Assembly (NCBI RefSeq): GCF_006345805.1
Contig: NW_021834458.1
Coordinates: forward strand, 1 to 48,110
Direction: 5' to 3'
DNA length: 48,110 nt
From: Octopus sinensis
Taxonomy: Eukaryota
The position numbers and the translations under genes were made by a program. The notes below the pieces were generated by a model, which worked only from the letters and a program-made list of their open reading frames with translations, did not search any database and was not told where the DNA came from. This document shows positions 38,670 to 48,110 of this stretch, in pieces (positions within the stretch are counted from its first letter, which is position 1; every line of letters begins with the position of its first letter).

Positions 38670-38849
38670 GGGTGGCGGGCTGACAGAACAGTTAGCACGC
38701 CGGACAAAATGCTTCGCAGCTCTTCGTTCGTCTTTGCGTTCTAATTTCAATTTCCGGCCCGCTAATAGAATAAACACCAGTCCGGCACTGGAGTCGATGT
38801 AATCGATTTACCACTTCGCCTAAAATTAATGGCCTTGTGCCAAACATTG
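38670..38849 (+). mobile_element. SINE family A variant
   Basis: ggtggcgggctgacagaacagttagcacgccggac head. Confidence 0.8.
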
Positions 38850-38969
38850 TGTGTGCGTTTGTATACATACATACATACATACATACATACATACATACAT
38901 ACAGGCATACATACATAGATACATACACATACATATATACATACATACATATATATATATATATTACTT

Positions 38970-39083
38970 TTTACTCTTTTACTTGTTTCAGTCATTTGAC
39001 TGTGGCCATGCTGGAGCACCGCCTTTAATCGAGCAAATCGACACCAGGACTTATTCTTTGTAAGCCTAGTACTTATTCTATCG
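38970..39083 (-). mobile_element. SINE family B 3' fragment
   Basis: Matches 24356-24465. Confidence 0.85.
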
Positions 39084-39147
39084 GAATATTTTTGTGTGTG
39101 TAAATATATATATATATATATATATAATATATATTACGTTTATATAT

Positions 39148-39334
39148 TTGTTTCGCAAGATTCTTGATGTGAAATCGTGTGTTGAAACAGATGTTGTTGT
39201 ATTTAGGAATGGTCATTTTGCCAGTTTAGCCAATAAAAACACACACACTATATATAAATCTGAAGCAAATTAACACCAAATATATAGTGCGTGTGTTTTT
39301 GTTGGCTAAACTGGCAAAATGACCATTCCTAAAT

Positions 39335-39338
<4 letters not shown>
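39148..39338. repeat. Palindrome 39197-39338 plus a module shared with 4580-4639 and 32898-32957
   Basis: ttgtatttaggaatggtcattttgccagtttagccaa...tata / tata...ttggctaaactggcaaaatgaccattcctaaatacaa. Confidence 0.9.
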
Positions 39339-39371
<33 letters not shown>

Positions 39372-40139
39372 AGAGAGATAAATAGAGAGAAAGATAGAGA
39401 GAGTGTGTGTGTGTGAGAGATAAATAGATAGATACATGCATCCATATGGACAGATAAATATTTATGTGTGTGTGTATATATATATATATATATAATATAT
39501 ATATATATGTATGTATATATAAATAACTATATGTATATATATATATATATGAATGAATACACACACACACACACATAATAACACATCTAAAACATAAGCA
39601 AGAACATAGATACTACACATACACACACGCTTAGATACACCATTTTTGAATAACAACAACAACAACATCAGACCAATATCAACGACACAACTGGGGATTC
39701 TTTAATTCTGGTTTATTGTCAAGTTAAAGAACGGAGCAAAACAATGTGCCAAAGACTTATTTGAAATCTTGGCACACATCTTTTGGAAAGTCTATAGAGA
39801 TGGTTTTCAAAGATAGGAACCATTGAATGAAGAGGCCAAGCAAAGCAATATCTTGTGTCTAGATTAATTATAATCGAAGAGTTTATTCGTATCCGAAATT
39901 TACAAGAACTTTTGTTTCCAGGGGTGGAGGTGGTGGGGGTGGGGGAAATAGGAAGGGGAGAGATAACGCGGGTGTGAGCCAAAAAGAGATAATGAGAGAG
40001 AGAGAGAGAGAGAGAAAGGGAGAGAGAGTGAGTGAGAGAAAGTGAGAGAGAGAGAGAGAGTAGAGAATAAGAATGAATGAGAGGAAAAAGAGAAAGAGGG
40101 AGAGAAAAAGTGTGCTTGTGTATGAGTGTGTGTGTGCGT

Positions 40140-40330
40140 GTGTGTTTCAGAGAGAGTATGTGAGTGAATATGTATGCGTATATATATATATATATGCATA
40201 TATGTTTATATTAGTGTGTGTGTGTGTGTGTGTGTGTTTCAGAGAGAGTATGTGAGTGAATATGTATGCGTATATATATATATATATATATATATGCATA
40301 TATGTTTATATTAGTGTGTGTGTGTGTGTG
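40140..40330. repeat. Tandem duplication, period about 92-100 bp
   Basis: tttcagagagagtatgtgagtgaatatgtatgcg...gcatatatgtttatattagtgtg occurs twice (40145 and 40237). Confidence 0.9.
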
Positions 40331-41064
40331 TGTATGTGTGCACGCACGTATGCCTGTATATCAACGGAATATACACTCAGACCTCATTATTTACACACAT
40401 GCACACACCTGTTTGCGTTATATTACGTGTTTACGTGCGTAAGTACCGTATGTGCCAAACTACAATTAGGTTTACGATTAAGAAATAAATACACGCACAC
40501 ACATACATACACACACATATGCACATTGACATACATGCACACACATACATACACGATATAGAGACGTTACAGAATAAGGATTGTGCATGCTTGTCTGTAT
40601 GCTTACCTCTATATACGTTGGTATATATGTTTGTATACATGTGTGTGTATGTGTGTGTGTGTGTGTGTGTGTTCAAATTTGCCACCCGCCCTCCGTTTTG
40701 CGTTGAACATAGTTCTTGGTCTACAGAATAAATCAAAATATTATTATTTAATTCAAATTTCTTCGAGACAAGATTTTGTTCCTGCCTCCAAAGAGATGAC
40801 AGACGGCTCTTGGTAGATGGGTGGACTGAATAGATGAGGAGGGTGATGGTTCTGGTATTTCAAACGTTGGCAAAATATACCAAACTGCAATCGAATCCTT
40901 CGCGTATGCGCACAACCACACAACCACACAGAGCATAGTCAAGTGGCCACGCCCTACAGTAGTCTCTTAAGAGATTTAGACTAAGTCTTCTCCAACGTTC
41001 AATATAATGGTTTCTGCAATAGACAAAAGCCAGCAATTTTGAATTGAGGACGGTTAGTCTATAT

Positions 41065-41376
41065 CAATGGGTCTCAAAGCGGGAAGTATTCCCCATCCCG
41101 GGAGCGATGGGGGAGTTCCAAGGGGGCGTTGAAGAAAAGTGGGGAGATAATGGGGCAGCGATTCATATAAAAAGTGGGGTGATAATGGAGAGGCGATTCA
41201 TGTAAAAACAAGAAAATAATAGATTCATTAGATTATGTTTTATTTGTGAAATACTGTTGTTTTGAATTTACTTCAGAAAGAGGTCTATGTTTGTGGTGGT
41301 TAGTTGGGGTGAGGGCGCTAGGTATGTGGCCTGAGTGTCAAGGGGGCGGCAGTCCGAAAAAGTTTGGGACCCAGTA
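41065..41376. mobile_element. hAT-type MITE with an 8-bp TSD, nested in a minus-strand SINE A
   Basis: TSD gtctatat at 41057-41064 and 41377-41384. TIRs caatgggtctcaaa / tttgggacccagta. Confidence 0.88.
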
Positions 41377-41975
41377 GTCTATATCATTAACCTCAGTAAT
41401 TGACTGGTAATTTGTTTTATGGTCCCGAAAGGGAAGAAAGCAGAATTAACCTACGCGTGAACTGAAATACAATGTGCCTGGATACAAAGTGCCAGAAGGA
41501 ATACGCATGGCCATTTTTTAAACCCCGATGCTTTGAAATCTTGAAGGAGTCGTAAGAACACTGTTGTGACAAACGACGTGTCATTGACATTTTAAACCTG
41601 GCGACGCCCATTCTTTCTGCAGTTCGGATCACAGCCGAGGGTGGGGAAAAGGTAGATAGAAAGAGAATGAGAGAGAGAGAGAGAGAAAAATAGGGAGAGA
41701 CAGAGAGAAAGAGAATGTGAGAGAGTGATAGGGAGAGAGAAAAAGAAAGAGAAAGAGAATAAGAATGGACCTTAGTAGTGGGCTAACTATTTTATCATTC
41801 CAGAAAGAATGAAAGGTAAGGTTAACCTCGTTGGGATTTGAACCCAGACTTGGATGTATACGGTAAATACACTGTCCAATATTCAAATCTTATATATACG
41901 TGTGTATGAGTATGTGTGTGTGTATGTGTATGTGAGTGTAAGTGCGTGAGTATATATATATATATATATATATAG

Positions 41976-42066
41976 CCAGCGGGGTGGCGTCATTTGAAGG
42001 CTAAAACAATGCGAAACGCATTGTGACCAGCGATGTGAAACAACTCTGATAGCCTGGTCGGTCACG
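41976..42066 (+). mobile_element. SINE family C variant tail fragment
   Basis: Reverse complement of 42838-42930. Confidence 0.8.
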
Positions 42067-42834
42067 GTGATATATATATATGTATATTATATATATATAT
42101 ATATATAATATAATATATGTATGGATTAAAAACGCAACAGAGGGCAGTAAAACGTTCAGACAGATAGATGATACAGAGGCGGACAAGAAAAACAAATATT
42201 AGAAGGACAGGCAAAAAAAGATGGGTCATTCTTGGCTTTCTTTCATCAGTCGCGACCATTTCGGAGAGTTGCACTTGAGATTCTTCGATCTGGTTATCCC
42301 CCAAAAAGTCTAAGATAAGAGCATTAGACCCCTTTTATAAAATGCATCAAGTACAAGGCATCACCAACGAGTGAAAATTATGTAGAAACACGAGTGTTAT
42401 GTACAGAACGACTTACCAAAAAATATACAGTAAGAACAGGACATCTCCAGCGAGTGAAAAACACGTAAAACACAATGAGAGACAAGTACGGGACAAAATA
42501 CCAAAAGAAGTTTTACCACTCCTCAGTTGTCGACTCCCTATTTCGAGCTTTTAACGACAAGACATAAACACTTCATAAAAAAAAAAAAGCAGCATCCAAA
42601 AATTCTAAAAATTTTTAATTTCTGCAGATTTAGAGTTTCGAACGAACAAACAACGACGGAATGGAAGTACATGGTAAACAGTCGAAGAAGACAAACATTA
42701 AGGGCCGCATTGTAATAGGTAACGCTTGGGAGAATTTTGAAAGGATATAGAATAAATATAAGAGAAGAAAATAGTAGAATGTCGGGAGGAGAGAAAAATT
42801 ACGCGCGAGCGTGTGTGTATGTGTATGTCTATAT

Positions 42835-43128
42835 CATGTGACCGACCAGACATTCAGATGTTGTTACACATCGCTGGTCACAATGCGTTCGCATTGTTTT
42901 AGCCTTCGAACGACGCCACCCCGCTGGCTAAGCGAGCAGGCCAACAGAAGAAAGAGTGGGAGAAAGAGTCATGAAAGAGTACAGCAGGGATCACCTGCTG
43001 GAGCCTCGTGGAGCTATTTTATGTGTTTTTGCTCAATAAACACTCACAACGCCCGGTCTGGGAATCGAAACCGCGATCCTGCGACCGCGAGTCCGCTGCC
43101 CTAACCACTGGGCCATTTGCGCCTCCGC
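42835..43128 (-). mobile_element. tRNA-headed SINE family C variant with an alternative tail
   Basis: The head matches 17930-17992; the tail matches 41976-42066. Confidence 0.85.
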
Positions 43129-43254
43129 ATATATCTATATACACACACAAATATACAAATAAGTGTGTGTACGTATGTATGTATATACATGTCTAGACAT
43201 GTATATGCATACGTATGTGTTTTGTAGAATTTTAAAATGCACCCCAATCTTCAC

Positions 43255-43355
43255 CATCACCACCACCAACGCCACCACAGCCACCACCAACACCACCACC
43301 ACTACCACCGCTACCACCACAACCACAACCACTGCCGCCGCCTCCGCCACTACTA
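43255..43355. repeat. Imperfect (ACC)n trinucleotide repeat
   Basis: Directly visible. Confidence 0.9.
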
Positions 43356-43762
43356 TTGCTCTTAATTGCAAAGACTTCCATTTGTATTCCTAATGGCAGA
43401 TAATAGAGTAGTAACTAGCACACACAGACACACACACACGCACACACACACACACAAACAACACACACACACACACACACACACATACAAATTACAAGAC
43501 AAATGAAATCGTAAAACAGAATTTTTCGATATTTTTTATTTGTTATATTTATAACTATTACCATTATCATTATTATCGTTAAGGCGGCGGGCAACATGCT
43601 TAGCGGAATTTCGTCTGCCGTTACGTTCTGAGTTCAAATTCCGCCGAGGCCGACTTTGCATACATACATACATAGATACACACATATATACATATATATA
43701 TACTGGAGTAAAAGAAGGAAGTGAAAATATATTTGGGTGCATCAGTCGAGTATATTATGATT

Positions 43763-44158
43763 GGTGAACGGCGAGCTGGCAGAAACGTTAGCACGCCGGG
43801 CGAAATGCTTAGCCGTATTTCGTCTGCCGCTACTTCTGGGTTCAAATTCCGCCGAGGCCGACTTTGCCTTTCATCATTTCGGCGGTCGATTAAATAAGTA
43901 CCTGTTACGCACTGGTGTCGATATAATCGACTTAATCCGTTTGTCTGTCCTTGTTTGTCCTCTCTGTATTTAGCCCCTTGTGAGTAGTAAAGAAATAGGT
44001 ATTTCGTCTGCCGTTATGGTTTTGAGTTCGAATTCCGCCGAGGTCACTTTGCCTTTCGGGGTCGATAAAAATTTGTACCAGTTACGTACTGGGGTCGATG
44101 TAATTGACTTAACCGTTCCCCCAAAATTTTAGGCCTTGTGCTTCCAGTAGAAAGGAAT
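43763..44158 (+). mobile_element. Dimeric SINE family A (possible 10-bp TSD tattatgatt)
   Basis: Same internal junction as the 17137 and 28394 dimers. tattatgatt at 43753-43762 and 44159-44168. Confidence 0.85.
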
Positions 44159-44174
44159 TATTATGATTATTGTA

Positions 44175-44378
44175 AAGGCGGTGATTTAGCAGAATCAATA
44201 CAACGCCGGGCGAAATATTTAGCGCTATTTCGTCTGTCGCTACATTCTGAGTTCAAATTCCGCCAAGGGCAACTTTACCTTTCATCATTGCTGGGTCGAT
44301 AAATTAAGTACCAGCTGCGTACAGTGGTCGACTGGCCCGATCCCCAATTTTTAGGTCTTGTGCCTATAGTAGAAAGGA
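44175..44378 (+). mobile_element. SINE family A with an (ATT)n tail
   Basis: aaggcggtgatttagcagaatc head, ending in gtagaaagg followed by ATT repeats. Confidence 0.8.
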
Positions 44379-44398
44379 TTATTATTATTATTATTATT

Positions 44399-44872
44399 GA
44401 GTGAGAGAGCAGTGCATGCCATCAAAGTGACACTGGGGTAAAATATACGAAGCCCAATATACCCATCATGACTACCCGTCTGATAAGGGTACACCAGGCA
44501 CATGCATCACAACCATATGTGCGCAACATGGTGATCTCATATCAAGATAAACAGCACATGACTTGGCAGGTGGGGCCCAGTTAGAATTTTCTTCAGGTTG
44601 AGTAGCCCATCCCGCTCAAAAGGTCCCTGAATAAGAGTTGTTTAAGGATGTTGAAAGAACCACCCATGTTTCCAGAGGTGAATTATTCAAACCCCAAAGA
44701 ATCCTTCTCAACACATGGCTATGATGCTCCCCCACTACTTCTGCTCGTGATCAGAGATGCACATATCGTCAGCCACTAAGGGACATGCTCAACTGGTTAA
44801 GGTCAAACAACTGACAAGCAAATCTGTGGTATTGAGCAGAATATTTGCTGTAGCCCATCTTTTATACAAGAC
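44399..44872 (-). mobile_element. 474-bp retroelement-like segment (probable LINE 3' UTR) embedded in (ATT)n
   Basis: GC-richer block with sharp borders. Its minus strand ends in (AAT)n and its other end abuts (TAT)n. Confidence 0.6.
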
Positions 44873-44894
44873 TATTATTATTATTATTATATTA

Positions 44895-44973
<79 letters not shown>

Positions 44974-45006
44974 GTTGTTATTATTATTATATTATTATTA
45001 TTGTTA

Positions 45007-45058
<52 letters not shown>

Positions 45059-45087
45059 ATTATTATTATTATTATTATTATTATTAT
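44873..45087. repeat. (TAT)n microsatellite
   Basis: Directly visible. Confidence 0.97.
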
Positions 45088-45724
45088 GCTATTTGTGTAT
45101 GATTAATTATTTAGCTTTTCTTAAGCGGTAAGTGAGTATTGTATGAAAAGTAAATTCTTAATTAACAAAAGTGGAAAATTTAAAAAAAAATGCCAAAAAA
45201 ATCAACAAAATACCGAAAAAAAACTAAATCCATCATGAAATATAAATTATCCAATGAAATCAAAAGAACTGAACAAAACACGCGCCGTGAATCCCCAGAT
45301 GAATTCGAAAATAAGATTTAAGTCAGAAATCTCTGCCCTGTCCCCAAAACTTCAATTCTATAGTGAAAAGAAATGAATAAAAAAATTAAATACAAATATA
45401 TTTATAAATATAGAAATAAACAAATGATTATGAAAAATATATAAATTACCACATTGGCTATTAAAAGATGGTATTAAATTTCATAGCCATTCTTTAAATT
45501 CCGGCTGAATCCACAAATATACGTATATATACTTTTTATATTGTAATATCTTGTCTTGCTTTTTTCTTTTTCTTATGTTGGTTTCAAAAATTGTAGACTT
45601 CTTTTGAATGTCTTGTGTGTGTGTGTGTTGTGTGTGTGTCTGTCTGTCTCTGTGTCTGTGTGTGTGTTTTCTTTTGATATATTTCTAAGTCGGTCTGATT
45701 AACCATATCGGTAACAGCCTGAGT

Positions 45725-45827
45725 GTGTGTGTCTATGTATGTATGTATGTATGTATGTATGTATGTATGTATGTATGTATGTATCTATCTATCTATCAAT
45801 CTATGTGTCTGTCTCGATATACATATA

Positions 45828-45890
<63 letters not shown>

Positions 45891-45922
45891 ATATATATAT
45901 ATATATATAATATATATATATA

Positions 45923-45971
<49 letters not shown>

Positions 45972-45995
45972 TATATGTGTGTGCGTGTGTATGTA

Positions 45996-46038
<43 letters not shown>

Positions 46039-46102
46039 TACATATATGCGGGTGCGTATGGGTATATATATTATATGTATATGTATTATGTATGTATATG
46101 TA

Positions 46103-46138
<36 letters not shown>
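45725..46138. repeat. Compound (TATG)n/(TA)n array
   Basis: Directly visible. Confidence 0.97.
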
Positions 46139-46140
<2 letters not shown>

Positions 46141-46224
46141 AAAAATTTGTTGCTTGTTATCATCGTAAGACACTTGTTGTTTTCAACCGTAATGCTTCTG
46201 TATTTCATGTTTCTGTAGCCATTA

Positions 46225-46478
46225 TTGTTTTTTGTTTTTTATATCTGTCCCTTTTGCTGTACTGGTGTTGTATGCATTCGATCCTTCTTCCAGGAATCTA
46301 CGCTTCCAGCTTAGTTTTCTTGGAGGGCTGGCCGTGATCTAGTATCTCAAGATTAATCAGCCGAAATTATACGATGATCCGGTTCTTGACTGAAGACTGA
46401 GGGGTTCGAATGTCCTGTCCATGTTTTTGTATCGTCTTCTATGATTATACGTCTTGTCCATGTTGTATGTTCTACATA
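46225..46478 (-). mobile_element. Repeat family D, diverged copy
   Basis: Reverse-complement homolog of 23995-24275. Confidence 0.75.
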
Positions 46479-46483
46479 CCTTA

Positions 46484-46520
<37 letters not shown>

Positions 46521-46528
46521 ATATATAT

Positions 46529-46567
<39 letters not shown>

Positions 46568-46780
46568 GTGAGAGAGAGATGGTTTGAGAGCTATAGCTAT
46601 ATACATAGATATATAGACATTTTTGTATGTGTTTACACACACACACGCATACGCACACATACATACATTTATATATAGGCACACATGCCCACATTTTTAG
46701 ATCTATCTGTTCTGAAATGAGTCAGCGTGTATAATGAGAAAAAGAACTTAAAAAGTAGACGATATATGTCAACATCAGAT

Positions 46781-46857
46781 TTTATTGATATATACATAGA
46801 TATATGTATATATTCATTTATTGATATATACATAGATATATGTATATATTCATTTAT
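46781..46857. repeat. 36-bp tandem repeat, two copies
   Basis: tttattgatatatacatagatatatgtatatattca occurs twice. Confidence 0.9.
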
Positions 46858-47147
46858 ATGAATGTGTTTATATATATATCTATATGCATGCATATATATT
46901 TATACATTCATTTAAGCAATTTACACTCTAATGCAACATTTAAAACTCAGTGAGTATTCCTGTTCGTGTAAGTAAATTCGTATCATTTTGGTAAGAAGCC
47001 GATCTATGGGCATTTTACAGAACTAACTTATCTTTGCTGTCTGTTCTTCTGCGCTACTCAGCGTGTTAGGTGGTAAGCTTTCTCCATCGTCTTCGGTCGG
47101 TTGCTACTCTTGCATACCCATTCCATGTAATATTGAATGTCTTCAAG

Positions 47148-48110
47148 GCAGGTGTTAGCGTAACGAAAACAGCCGAAATGTTTGGTGTATCAAGAAGAAC
47201 TGTCTCAAAAGTAATGACAGCCTTTGAGAAAGAGGGAAAGACCCTCCTCGTCGAAACAAAACTTCGGAAGAAAACCTTTCAGATAGGAAACACCGGACTC
47301 TTATGCAAATTATTAGAAAGGATCACAAAAGTACAACTCCCAAAATTACAGCAGAGCTTAATGACCACCTCGAGAACTCAGTTTTCACAAAAGCTGTTCG
47401 CCGAGAGCTGCAGAAAGCCGGATTTCACAGGAGGGGTGCAATCAGAAAACTACAACTTCGAAAAACAAACGTTGCAAAACGTTTAGAGTAGAGTAAAAAC
47501 CAACAGAATTGGTCCCTAGCGTGGAAGGGTGTTATTTTGTCGGACGAGTCATCCTTATTTCCGACCACCGGCCGAAAATCTGTGTGGAGACAGCCAAAGG
47601 AAGCATTTGATCCAGATTGCCTTCTTGCAACTCTTAAACACGGAGGAATATCTGTGATGATCTATGGACATATATTTTGAAAATCCGCCAGTCCAATGGT
47701 TTACCTTCATGGCAGAATTAATAGTCAAGTCTATTTAAGTATTTTATCTGATCAAATTTATCCTATGTTTGCGGAACTGTTTCCGGAGGCAAACGCAATC
47801 TTTTAGGATGATAATGCACCAATTCACACAGCTAAAGTTGTTAATTAATGGCACGGGGAGCATTCTAGTGAAGTTGAACATCTTATCTGTCCACAAAAGT
47901 CCCCAGATCTCAATATTATTGAACATTTATGGTGCATTTTAGAAAATAAGTAAGAAGTGGATATCCACCACCGTCATCACTACAAGAACTGGTGAATGTG
48001 TTAGCTGAAGAATGGACAAAAATTCCTTTGGAAACAATTCAAACTTTGTACGAGTTCATACCTCGCAGAATTCAAGCTGCAATTACTGTCAAAGGCAGTC
48101 CTATCCCATA
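47148..48110 (+). pseudogene. Decayed Tc1-like transposase with DD36E spacing
   Basis: AGVSVTKTAEMFGVSRRTVSKV (HTH), ILSDES (D at 47543), *DDNAPIH (D at 47810), SPDLNIIEHLW (E at 47921), IPRRIQAAITVKGSPIP. Frameshifts and stops; truncated by the window end. Confidence 0.95.

Noticed and set aside
39744-39776. tgtgccaa/ttggcaca hairpin, and the miR-1-like seed at about 2663
   Set aside because: The stem is too short for a pre-miRNA and there is no match to a known mature sequence beyond a seed.
46385-46410. Family D CUGAAGA...CGAAU as an active hammerhead
   Set aside because: GAAA is replaced by GAAU in all three copies, and the A15.1-U16.1 pair cannot form.

Overview
AT-rich animal genomic DNA saturated with microsatellites. 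The SINE families and repeat landscape look like Octopus or another coleoid cephalopod (inference). I cannot support any intact host protein-coding gene; nearly all ORFs in the track are read-throughs of (TA)n, (CA)n, (TATG)n or (ATT)n repeats. The window is a transposon graveyard: an internally deleted CR1/L2-type LINE, four mariner remnants, a decayed Tc1-like transposase with DD36E spacing, a HERO-like LINE 3' end, two hAT MITEs with 8-bp TSDs, a non-autonomous Helitron and dozens of SINE copies, some transposed as TSD-flanked dimers. The most interesting signal is non-coding. At least five unrelated short repeat families each carry a minimal type I hammerhead-ribozyme motif, most with a palindromic stem III of the Penelope-like kind. 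These include recurring CCGACGA cores and a U3-A8 compensatory core. Two families place mirror-image ribozymes at the centre of long inverted duplications, and the window holds eight palindromes of 140-290 bp. All folds were read by eye; no activity, expression or database match has been verified.
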